From the sequence record DRR723986_622: a stretch of 20,000 nt of DNA. One strand, written 5' to 3'. The translations under genes were made by a program, and so were the position numbers. A model generated the notes under the pieces. It had not been told where the DNA came from. It searched no databases and saw only the letters and a program-made list of their open reading frames with translations. Shown here one piece after another: positions 1-7,594 of the stretch (position 1 is the stretch's first letter; every line of letters starts with the position of its first letter).

Positions 1-469
1 ACGCTGCATTTTCTACTTTTTTACCAATGAAAATCGCCTTGGCTCCTAGATTCTCGGCAAGCTTCACATCTGTAAGTCTATCTCCGATTACATAGGAATT
101 AGCCAAGTCATATTCATCAGAAAAATATGCTGTCAGAAGACCAGTGTTTGGCTTTCGGGTTGGCGCATTTTCACTTTCAAAAGTCTTGTCGACGTGTATT
201 GCTTGGAAGAATATATTCTCTTGTTCCAGCGTTTTTAGCATTTTAAATTGTGCTGGCCAAAAGGTGTTTTCAGGAAATGAATCGGTTCCTAACCCATCCT
301 GATTGGTAACCATTACCAATTCATAATCAGTCTCTTCAGCAATTTTGCGAAGGTTAGAAATCGCCTTCGGCAAAAACTCTAACTTTTCTAAGCTATCTAC
401 TTGAAAATCAGTTGGTGGTTCTTTGATGATGGTTCCATCACGATCTATAAAAAGGACTTTCTTTTTCAT
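1..469 (-). CDS. hisB: Bifunctional histidinol-phosphatase/imidazoleglycerol-phosphate dehydratase, N-terminal phosphatase domain (partial, runs off the window edge; missing from the ORF track)
   Basis: Manual translation from ATG at 469: [34 protein letters not shown]...[10 protein letters not shown]...RKPNTG...VIGDRLTD. Carries HAD motifs DRDGT, TNQDG and GDRxTD. Starts 3 nt after the hisC stop. Confidence 0.95.
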   Translation of the reverse strand, partial: MKKKVLFIDRDGTIIKEPPTDFQVDSLEKLEFLPKAISNLRKIAEETDYELVMVTNQDGLGTDSFPENTFWPAQFKMLKTLEQENIFFQAIHVDKTFESENAPTRKPNTGLLTAYFSDEYDLANSYVIGDRLTDVKLAENLGAKAIFIGKKVENAA

Positions 470-472
470 GGT

Positions 473-1540
473 TTACAGGTTATAGCTTTCTTCATAGATT
501 TTTTTCAAAGCATTTATAAAGGCTTCATTCTCGGCTCTAGTTCCCACAGAGATTCGAAGGCATTCCTCGCAAAGCTGTACTTTTGATCTATTCCTGACAA
601 TGATTTTTTCTTCAATCAAATCGTCGTACACATGGCTAGCATTAGGTATTTGTACCAAAAGGAAGTTGGCATGTGAAGGATGGATTTTCTGCACAAAATC
701 CAGTTTGCTCATTTCTTCTTTAAGGAAATCACGTTCCTGAAGTATATCGGCAATCATAGAATTGACCTTATCTACTTTTTGTATTGAAGCCAAGACAGTC
801 TCCTGAGTCAATCCAGAGATATTATAAGGTGGCTTAATACGATTTAGAATTTTGATCATTTTTTTACTGGCAAAAGCCATCCCAAGTCGTAGAGAAGCGA
901 GTCCCCAGGCTTTTGAGAAAGTTTGCATTACCAGGAGATTTCCGAATTCTTCCATGTGGGTAGTAAAGCTTGGCTCATCACTGAAGTCAATATAAGCTTC
1001 ATCCACAACGACCAAGCCTCTGAATTCGCGAAGCAACCTTAGTATATCTTCACGGTTTACCTTATTTCCACTTGGGTTATTCGGTGAGCAGACGAAGATA
1101 ATCTTGGTATTTTCGTCGACTGCTTTCAAAATCAAATCCGGCTGAAGCTGGAAATCTGGAGTCAATGGGATTTTGCGTGTTTCCACATCATTGATTCCTG
1201 CACTCACCTCATACATTCCGTAAGTAGGAGGAAGTAGGATTACATTGTCTTTTCCAGGATTGCAAAATGCTCTAAATAGCAAGTCTATCGCCTCATCAGA
1301 GCCATTTCCTAAGAAGATTTGGGATGCTTTCACCTTCTTGATTTTGGCGATTTCATCCTTTAGTTCCAACTGATAGGGATCAGGATAGCGATTATAATCT
1401 GCATCTGTCACTGATCCGTATGGGTTTTCATTTGCATCCAAAAATATGCCCTCTTTGCCGGTATATTCATCACGAGCGGAGGTATATGGAAGAAGGTTTA
1501 CGATGTGAGGTCTAAGTAATGGGGTTAAGTCAAACTTCAT
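473..1540 (-). CDS. hisC: Histidinol-phosphate aminotransferase
   Basis: LDANENPYG, NRYPDP, GNGSDEAI, CSPNNPSG, VVDEAY and TFSKAWGLASLRLG (PLP lysine). His operon context. Confidence 0.97.
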   Translation of the reverse strand: MKFDLTPLLRPHIVNLLPYTSARDEYTGKEGIFLDANENPYGSVTDADYNRYPDPYQLELKDEIAKIKKVKASQIFLGNGSDEAIDLLFRAFCNPGKDNVILLPPTYGMYEVSAGINDVETRKIPLTPDFQLQPDLILKAVDENTKIIFVCSPNNPSGNKVNREDILRLLREFRGLVVVDEAYIDFSDEPSFTTHMEEFGNLLVMQTFSKAWGLASLRLGMAFASKKMIKILNRIKPPYNISGLTQETVLASIQKVDKVNSMIADILQERDFLKEEMSKLDFVQKIHPSHANFLLVQIPNASHVYDDLIEEKIIVRNRSKVQLCEECLRISVGTRAENEAFINALKKIYEESYNL

Positions 1541-2832
1541 TTCTTCTGTTTTTTAAGATGTTTGAGTCTTATTGATACGGCATTTTTGTGTGCCTCTAGT
1601 AATTCATTTTCTGCCATTATTTCAATGGTAGGTCCTATGTTTTTCAATCCTTCAGGAGAGATTTTTTGATAGGTAATTTTCTTCACAAAGCTATCCAGAG
1701 ATACGCCACTATAATTTCTTGCATAGCCGTAAGTCGGCAATGTATGATTTGTACCGGATGCATAATCCCCGGCTGATTCCGGTGTGTAGTTTCCAATGAA
1801 AACAGATCCTGCATTATAAACGGCATTGACTGCTTCATCTTCCTGCGTAACACTTATAATCAAATGCTCTGGTGCGTAGAAATTTATAAGTTCCATAGCT
1901 TTTTCTGCGCTGTCAATAATCACAGCTCTGGAATTTGCAAGAGCTTTTTTAGCAATATCCTTCCTCGGTAGCTCTTCCAGTTGCTCATCTATTTCTTTGA
2001 TGACTCGCTTTGCAAATTTCTCAGTATCAGTCACCAAAATAACCTGGCTATCCACGCCATGCTCTGCTTGGGAAAGTAAGTCTGCAGCTACAAAGGCTGG
2101 ATTTGCTGATTCATCAGCATAAACCAAAACTTCTGAAGGCCCAGCAGGCATGTCTATAGCAACTCCATACTTGGTAGCTATTTGCTTTGCAGCAGTTACA
2201 AACTGGTTTCCAGGGCCAAAAATTTTGTCCACTTTGGGTACGCTTTCAGTTCCAAAAGTCATTGCAGCAATCGCCTGAGCTCCGCCTACTTTTACGATTT
2301 TGGTGATACCAATTAGCGAAGCAGTGTAGAGTATTGCAGGATGGATTTTCCCCTCTTTGCTCGGAGGTGAGCAAAGCACAATTTCCTTGCATCCTGCCAA
2401 GATCGCGGGAATTCCAAGCATTAATACCGTACTGAAAAGAGGTGCCGTTCCTCCTGGGATATACAAACCAACTTTTTGGATAGGTACACTTTTCCTAATA
2501 CAAACAACTCCAGGCATCACCTCATCTACCAACTCTGGCGTAGCCTGGGCCCTATGAAATCGCTCAATATTAGCTTTAGCAACGTTTATAGCTTCTTTTA
2601 AAGAAGGAGATAATGCAGCCGAAGCTGCTTGAATTTCTATTTCCGAAGGGAAAAGAGATTCTAATTCTACATGATCGTATTCCATAGCGAATTTGAAAAG
2701 GGCTTTGTCGCCATTTCTCTTCACCTTTCTCAGAATAGGTTTTACGATCTTATTGATCTGCTTGGTTTTGAACGTTGGTCGAGCCAACTGCTTTTTCCAA
2801 GTGCCTTGATTAGGATTATGCAGGATATTCAT
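1537..2832 (-). CDS. hisD: Histidinol dehydrogenase
   Basis: [47 protein letters not shown] and [13 protein letters not shown] motifs. 4-nt overlap with hisC. Confidence 0.98.
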   Translation of the reverse strand: MNILHNPNQGTWKKQLARPTFKTKQINKIVKPILRKVKRNGDKALFKFAMEYDHVELESLFPSEIEIQAASAALSPSLKEAINVAKANIERFHRAQATPELVDEVMPGVVCIRKSVPIQKVGLYIPGGTAPLFSTVLMLGIPAILAGCKEIVLCSPPSKEGKIHPAILYTASLIGITKIVKVGGAQAIAAMTFGTESVPKVDKIFGPGNQFVTAAKQIATKYGVAIDMPAGPSEVLVYADESANPAFVAADLLSQAEHGVDSQVILVTDTEKFAKRVIKEIDEQLEELPRKDIAKKALANSRAVIIDSAEKAMELINFYAPEHLIISVTQEDEAVNAVYNAGSVFIGNYTPESAGDYASGTNHTLPTYGYARNYSGVSLDSFVKKITYQKISPEGLKNIGPTIEIMAENELLEAHKNAVSIRLKHLKKQKK

Positions 2833-2872
2833 TTGATTTCTGGGCTAGGGTTATTCAAATAGCTTTGCAGAA

Positions 2873-3733
2873 TTAAAGAATCATCTTTTCTATAGGAACG
2901 ACTAGTATTCCTTCTGCACCGGCAGCTCTGAGTTCTTCGATATTTTCCCAGAATTGATCTTCATTCAATACTGAGTGCACAGATGACCAGCCTTCTTGAG
3001 CAAGTGGCAATATTGTAGGGCTACGCATACCAGGAATCAAGCTTATAATTCGCTCAATGGATTCATTTGGTGCGTTTAGTAGCACGTATTTGCTGCTTTT
3101 CCCTTTCTGAACCGCATTGATTCTAAAGAGTAATTTTTCCGCGATCTCCTTTTTCCAATCTGGCAAATCGTTATTCGCGATCAGGACAGCCTCGGATTTG
3201 AAGATCTCTTCTACTTCTTTCAGCCCGTTCATCATCAGTGTGGAGCCAGAGCTGACTATATCGCAGATTCCTTCCGCTAATCCTATGCTTGGAGCGATCT
3301 CAACCGAACCTGAAATTTCGTGAATGTCTGCGTTGATATTTTGGCTTTTAAGGTAATCTCCAAGGATTTTTGGGTAGGATGTAGCAATGTTTTTTCCTTC
3401 GAAAAACTCTACTCCGTTATATTCCTGACCTTTTGCTACAGCAAGGGAAAGTCGGCACTTAGAGAATCCTAGAGCCTTCAGTGTAGTGACATTCTTGTCT
3501 TTCTCTACCACCTCATTCTGACCTACAATACCTAAGTCAGCTACTCCATCAGCTACATAGCCTGGAATATCGTCGTCACGAAGAAACAAGAATTCGATTG
3601 GGAAATTGGTGGAAGTGGACTTGAGTTTGCCCGTTCCATTATAAAATTTGATGCCACATTCTTTGATGAGGCTGAGTGAATCGTCAGATAGTCTGCCGCT
3701 TTTCTGCACGGCAATACGGATAATTTTTTCCAT
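2873..3733 (-). CDS. hisG: ATP phosphoribosyltransferase (long form)
   Basis: IAVQKSGRL, RDDDIP, IATSYP, GSVEIAP and DIVSSGSTL motifs. C-terminal regulatory domain PGMRSPTI...GAEGILV. Confidence 0.97.
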   Translation of the reverse strand: MEKIIRIAVQKSGRLSDDSLSLIKECGIKFYNGTGKLKSTSTNFPIEFLFLRDDDIPGYVADGVADLGIVGQNEVVEKDKNVTTLKALGFSKCRLSLAVAKGQEYNGVEFFEGKNIATSYPKILGDYLKSQNINADIHEISGSVEIAPSIGLAEGICDIVSSGSTLMMNGLKEVEEIFKSEAVLIANNDLPDWKKEIAEKLLFRINAVQKGKSSKYVLLNAPNESIERIISLIPGMRSPTILPLAQEGWSSVHSVLNEDQFWENIEELRAAGAEGILVVPIEKMIL

Positions 3734-3777
3734 GTTGGCAAGTTACGCTATGAAATAAAAGATTGTAAGTAAATAAT

Positions 3778-3811
3778 GGTGAAAAGCGGAATCCCTATCA
3801 TCGGCTTCACC
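3778..3811 (-). promoter_or_regulatory. Imperfect stem-loop in the his leader (candidate attenuator element)
   Basis: mRNA GGUGAAGC-CGAUGAUAGGGAUUCC-GCUUUUCACC. GGUGAA pairs with UUCACC. Followed by a U-rich, G-free tract but no U-run. Confidence 0.5.
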
Positions 3812-3830
3812 GTGTGTGTAAAAATATTCC

Positions 3831-3914
3831 TCAGGAGGAATGATGGAAATGATGCATCAAGTTGCCTTGATGTGCAGTCGCTAAAAAATCAATATTTCTA
3901 TTGCTGTTTTCCAT
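3831..3914 (-). CDS. Putative his operon leader peptide (HisL-like), MENSNRNIDFLATAHQGNLMHHFHHSS (27 aa)
   Basis: ATG at 3914 to TGA at 3831. Five His codons (all CAT), four of them in HHFHH near the C-terminus. Lies between the promoter and hisG (97 nt upstream of its ATG). Confidence 0.85.
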   Translation of the reverse strand: MENSNRNIDFLATAHQGNLMHHFHHSS

Positions 3915-3923
3915 TATCGTTGG

Positions 3924-3954
3924 CAAAGATAGGAGGTGAATGAGAAAATGCAAA
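3924..3954 (-). promoter_or_regulatory. Bacteroidota primary-sigma promoter of the his operon
   Basis: Minus strand TTTG (3954-3951), 19-nt spacer, TATCTTTG (3931-3924). Exact match to the -33 TTTG / -7 TAnnTTTG consensus. Confidence 0.8.
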
Positions 3955-4015
3955 TTGAGATGAGTTTTTTTGAAAGTTTGTTGATTACCCAAAACTGATA
4001 AGCTAACCACATACT

Positions 4016-5110
4016 TTAGTTATTTGTTTCCAATAAGTGATCTAGCTTTTCCCAATTTCCAGTCAGCGACTCTTTAATTATCTGGTTCCATCTAGCCTGT
4101 ACATCTCTGTTTAAACCATTTCGGGTTTGGCCATCATACAATTCCTGAAGCTTATTCATCTCTCGATAGGCGTCCAAATAGATGTCGTTGAGTGTTGCTT
4201 CAAAGAAGGTCGGTTCCAAATCTGCGTTATTTAATGCGTAGATCATTCGGTCGGCAGCAATTCTGGTCAGGTCAAAATGCTTCTGCTCATGATTGTTTGC
4301 GTAGTCATCTGCATTCTTCACCCAAGACTGATCTGGTAGCATATATACTTTTATCAAAATTGTCTGGATGATTTCCCCAGCTACTATTTCTGCGTTTCCT
4401 TCGATTGACAAGCTGCTAAAAATGGTTGCATTGAAGGAGCTTGTAGGGTCTGGAGATTCAGAGAAATCGTCCCATGTCAAAGGCCTTTCTGGATCATAAT
4501 AGACAGTGTCCTTGGTACTAGGTAGGATAGGGTCAAGAATATTCAACTTTACAGTCTTTGCCAGGGATCTATTGGTAGGCGCTTGGCTGCTAAACCAAGC
4601 ATCGAAGTATTCCCAACTATTTTCAAATAATTGCTGTACACTTTTTTGCACGTTTGTAGTTTGATTGGCAGGTCTTCCATAGTTAGCTTTTCCATTAAAG
4701 TCAACTAAATGAACTGGATTTCCTTCACCTTGGACAAAAAAGCCTAGACTTAGTTGAATCTCTCCTTTATATCCTCGCTGATTAGCTTGGTAGATTTCTT
4801 TAAGATCTAAATTGTAGACTTTGACTAGAATATTGTATGAAGTATTCTGAGCTGATGTGATTCTTGAATTATAAAAAAACTTTGCTTGCTCAGCTAATTT
4901 TCCGTCAAAGGTAGCTGTCAGTTTATTCCGCTCTGCATCGTATACTTGTCCTACTGATTTTTGAACTCTGGAATCCATCACTTTACTAAAAATATATTCT
5001 TTCCTCTGTCCAATAGTACTGTTAGGAGTGAGCTTCAAAGTCAATTGCTGACCTATTGCTATCCCAATAGAGAGCAGAATATATACTATAGTAAGTGGGA
5101 AGATTCTCAT
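4016..5110 (-). CDS. Secreted protein with C-terminal DUF922-like domain (HExxH, possible Zn peptidase)
   Basis: N-terminal hydrophobic signal peptide. C-terminal LTWDDF ... SWVK ... NHEQKHFDL ... QELYDGQT..G....QARW pattern recognised as DUF922-like. Confidence 0.7.
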   Translation of the reverse strand: MRIFPLTIVYILLSIGIAIGQQLTLKLTPNSTIGQRKEYIFSKVMDSRVQKSVGQVYDAERNKLTATFDGKLAEQAKFFYNSRITSAQNTSYNILVKVYNLDLKEIYQANQRGYKGEIQLSLGFFVQGEGNPVHLVDFNGKANYGRPANQTTNVQKSVQQLFENSWEYFDAWFSSQAPTNRSLAKTVKLNILDPILPSTKDTVYYDPERPLTWDDFSESPDPTSSFNATIFSSLSIEGNAEIVAGEIIQTILIKVYMLPDQSWVKNADDYANNHEQKHFDLTRIAADRMIYALNNADLEPTFFEATLNDIYLDAYREMNKLQELYDGQTRNGLNRDVQARWNQIIKESLTGNWEKLDHLLETNN

Positions 5111-5229
5111 GTATGGCGAAAGAAAATAAAATCAGTTGGGATTGATTAATCAGACTAAGCCTAACGTATAGCACTTGTAGCAAGTTTTAGAAAGTAGGTG
5201 AAAGTTAGTTCTAAATCTGATCACCTACT

Positions 5230-5266
5230 TGTGTTCTTTCGGACAAAGTGTGTTCATAAGCGTACA
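5230..5266. promoter_or_regulatory. Two TGT-N10-ACA boxes 21 bp apart (candidate enhancer for a sigma-54 activator)
   Basis: TGTGTTCTTTCGGACA (5230-5245) and TGTTCATAAGCGTACA (5251-5266), two helical turns apart and ~270-310 bp upstream of the -24/-12 motif. Confidence 0.5.
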
Positions 5267-5536
5267 TGTTATTTGTTAGTAGCGTAATCTAATGAACTGT
5301 TTTTTCGATTTTTTTAAAATTAAATTTTCTTAACAAGTGTAACATGGTGCAACCTCAGAAATGCTGTAATCAGTCTAAAACTGTCCGCTGACATTACAGT
5401 CGGTCACAGATGTGATCAATTTTTATACAGGTTTTGTTAATTATTTGGATTTGTTTCAAAATTTAATTCTGATTATTTGTTATAAAAATTAATATCTAGA
5501 AATAATTAAGTCTTTTAGCAAAGATTGTTTTTTGGT

Positions 5537-5553
5537 TTGGTATGCACTTCGCA
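5537..5553 (+). promoter_or_regulatory. Putative sigma-54 (-24/-12) promoter
   Basis: TTGGTATGCACTTCGCA: GG(5539-5540)-N10-GC(5551-5552), resembling YTGGCACG-N4-TTGCW. Predicted TSS ~5564, about 25 nt before the ATG at 5589. Confidence 0.6.
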
Positions 5554-5588
5554 ATAGGTATAGCACAACACTTCTAAACCAACATATT

Positions 5589-6176
5589 ATGAAAACTTTA
5601 TTCACAGTAGCACTTGCAAGTACTTTATCTTTTGGCTCATTCGTAGCAAATGCAAGTGAAGATTTGAGAGCTCTTTCTTCAGTAAATTCCAATTACAAAA
5701 AAATCAATGTGACGCTCAATGAGGGAGTAGGCAAGGCGAAAATCACTATTTTATCCACGGACGGCAAAGTATTAAATAACAGAAATGTGCGCGTCAAAGG
5801 TGAGAATTTGATGGTTCCTTACAATATGGAAAACATGCCAGCTGGAGACTATCAGGTCAAAATCGTTACAGAAGAGGAGGAAGTTACTTACACAGTAGAG
5901 ACATCTGAGAAACCTACCCCAGATTCAGCATTGCCACTGATGGCTTCAGGTAAACTTATTGACAATAATACCGTAAGTCTATCAGTGTTTGGGCTAAATG
6001 AGCCCGGCGTTGAAGTAGAAATTATTTCTTCCGAAAGCGGTAAAGTGATTTACACAGAGCAAATATCCCAAGAAGAAGGTTTTAAAAAGGATTATTCATT
6101 CAGCAAGTTTAATGCGAAGGATATCCACGTGAGAGTAACAGACTCAAAAGGTCGAAGCAAAACCCTTTATTTCTAA
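5589..6176 (+). CDS. Small secreted protein (195 aa) with two tandem T9SS-CTD/DUF3244-like beta modules
   Basis: Likely start ATG 5589 (MKTLFTVALASTLSFGSFVANA, Sec signal). Repeat 1: KITILSTDGKVL...YNMENMPAGDYQVKIV. Repeat 2: EVEIISSESGKVIY...YSFSKFNAKDIHVRVT...SKTLYF. Has its own terminator. Confidence 0.65.
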   Translation: MKTLFTVALASTLSFGSFVANASEDLRALSSVNSNYKKINVTLNEGVGKAKITILSTDGKVLNNRNVRVKGENLMVPYNMENMPAGDYQVKIVTEEEEVTYTVETSEKPTPDSALPLMASGKLIDNNTVSLSVFGLNEPGVEVEIISSESGKVIYTEQISQEEGFKKDYSFSKFNAKDIHVRVTDSKGRSKTLYF

Positions 6177-6197
6177 ATTAAGCCAACTATTATCAAC

Positions 6198-6228
6198 AGC
6201 CCTGATTTGTAGATCAGGGCTTTTTTTT
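6198..6228 (+). terminator. Rho-independent terminator
   Basis: AGCCCTGAT-TTGTAG-ATCAGGGCT followed by a T-run, 21 nt after the stop at 6176. Confidence 0.9.
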
Positions 6229-6320
6229 GAGCTCTATTTTACTCTGATGTTCACAGCAACGGCCATGGATTTTCGCTGATTTTTTTTGGAGCTAGTATAT
6301 AAAGTTGATGGCCATGGAAT

Positions 6321-6572
6321 TTAAAGAGAGCAAAATTTAATTACTGTCTGTGCCACTTTCCTTCTCCTAACCATCAAGAAAACCGCCGCCATATTTGGAA
6401 ACTGCCAGAGGCAAGCGACTATGCGATAGGCTGGGATAAAATCTCATTGATACACCGTGACTAGGATTGGTAGCCAGATTCTCAGTGTCACTGCGGCGAA
6501 GCATGCTGCATAGCTAAAGATCATCCAGTTTTCGTGTGAATCAACATCCAGCTTTTTGGCAATAAGCCATCC
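6321..6572 (-). pseudogene. C-terminal remnant of a DUF2306-like membrane protein with an internal stop
   Basis: Translation GWLIAKKLDVDSHENWMIFSYAACFAAVTLRIWLPILVTVYQ*DFIPAYRIVACLWQFPNMAAVFLMVRRRK. The HxxWMxxSYAxxFAAVTLR and AYxIVAxLxxxPN patterns are typical of DUF2306. In-frame TGA at 6446-6444. No start codon or N-terminal half. Confidence 0.75.
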
Positions 6573-6729
6573 TTACCTTTAAGGACAAAGTGAAAAATAC
6601 CTTCTGAATAAAATTCGAATGTTCGCTCTTCCACGGAAAACCCTTCTGTGCCTCCAAGGCTAGTTGCGGTTGTGAAGCATAGTAAATTTCTTCTTTGGAT
6701 TGAGTAAAATAGCGGGTGATTTCGAGTTG
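6566..6729 (-). pseudogene. Frameshifted N-terminal remnant of an SRPBCC/AHSA1-like protein
   Basis: One frame gives QLEITRYFTQSKEEIYYASQPQLA. After a shift another gives GTEGFSVEERTFEFYSEGIFHFVLKGKDG. Together they resemble the AHSA1/SRPBCC N-terminus (LxITRxF...VxxAW..P..L..WWGPxGF......D.RxGG.W.FxMxGPDG). Confidence 0.55.
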
Positions 6730-6781
6730 GGCGTAGGTACAGTATGAATAAAGTTTATGAAGTTTTATTCGTTTAGCTAAT

Positions 6782-6846
6782 GCTCACGCAATGTGTAATA
6801 ACCTTGTATTTGTGTGAGCTCCCCCTTTTCAAAGGGGGTAGGGGAA
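6782..6846. repeat. Two adjacent hairpins, the second a GC-rich REP-like unit
   Basis: GCTCACGCAA (6782-6791) pairs with TTGTGTGAGC (6810-6819). Then CCCCCTTT-TC-AAAGGGGG (6821-6838) followed by TAGGGGAA. Confidence 0.5.
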
Positions 6847-6938
6847 CTTAACTAATTTATGTCTTACTACCTTTTATTTTGATCATTTCCACATTTTTAA
6901 AGATTATAGACCTTTAAAATAAGTGACTGATTTTGATT

Positions 6939-7517
6939 TTAAAGAATACCCTGTAATCTCAAATGCTGAATCAGCATAATCGTTTTGGCATCTTTGATCT
7001 CTCCATTTTTGACCATCTCCAAAGCTTCTTCGAAAGGAATTTCCAACACTTCGATGTTTTCTTCCTCATGATCTACGCCACCACCTTCACTTACTTTCAT
7101 GTCCTTTGAGTAAGCGGCAATAAAGAAATACAGAATTTCTGTTACTGAACCTGGAGACATGTAGGCTTCAAAGACCTTTTTCACATCGTTGACCACATAG
7201 CCAGTTTCCTCCTCAGTCTCTCTTCGAATGCAGTCCTCAGCATTATCCTTGTCTAGAAGCCCAGCACATGCTTCGATCATCATGCCTGTTTTATTGCCAT
7301 TGCTGTAGGTTGGTAGGCGAAACTGACGGGTAAGAATGACTGATTTCTTTTCCTGATTATATAAGAGAATGGTGGCACCATTTCCTCGATCGTAAGCTTC
7401 ACGATCCTGAGTGATAACCTCGCCATTTTTCTTGGTGAATTGAAAAGTGATTTTACGAAGTGTATACCAATTGTCTGAGAGCACTTCAGTATTTAAAAGT
7501 TTGATGTCTTTAATCAT
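6939..7517 (-). CDS. nudK: GDP-mannose pyrophosphatase NudK (Nudix hydrolase)
   Basis: LSDNWYTL, REAYDRGNGATILLY, Nudix box AGLLD...IRRETEEETG, YMSPGSVTE and IKDAKTIML. Confidence 0.88.
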   Translation of the reverse strand: MIKDIKLLNTEVLSDNWYTLRKITFQFTKKNGEVITQDREAYDRGNGATILLYNQEKKSVILTRQFRLPTYSNGNKTGMMIEACAGLLDKDNAEDCIRRETEEETGYVVNDVKKVFEAYMSPGSVTEILYFFIAAYSKDMKVSEGGGVDHEEENIEVLEIPFEEALEMVKNGEIKDAKTIMLIQHLRLQGIL

Positions 7518-7533
7518 GGTTTAGTCTTGTGCT

Positions 7534-7564
7534 AAAAACAAACCCAGAGTTATGGTCTGGGTTT
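7534..7564 (-). terminator. Rho-independent terminator-like hairpin between the PLP enzyme gene and nudK
   Basis: AAACCCAGA (7540-7548) and TCTGGGTTT (7556-7564) form a stem. On the minus strand it is followed by TTTGTTTTT. Confidence 0.65.
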
Positions 7565-7594
7565 AATTGAAAATTTACTGAAAAGTGAAACTAA

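Noticed and set aside
2833-2872. Possible hairpin in the hisG-hisD spacer
   Set aside because: Pairing relies on G-T pairs on the + strand, which become A-C mismatches in the actual minus-strand mRNA.
401-3741. Short ORF-track calls 401..586, 2357..2557, 2671..2862, 3117..3323 and 3553..3741
   Set aside because: Antisense or out-of-frame shadows of the his genes with no recognisable motifs.
5532-5588. N-terminal extension of the 214-aa ORF (TTG start at 5532)
   Set aside because: Overlaps the putative -24/-12 promoter. The signal peptide begins at ATG 5589.
6261-6322. Direct repeat GGCCATGGA(T/A)TTT at 6261 and 6310
   Set aside because: Only two 13-bp copies 49 bp apart. Too short and too few for a CRISPR array, no cas genes, and it may be a decayed repeat or chance.
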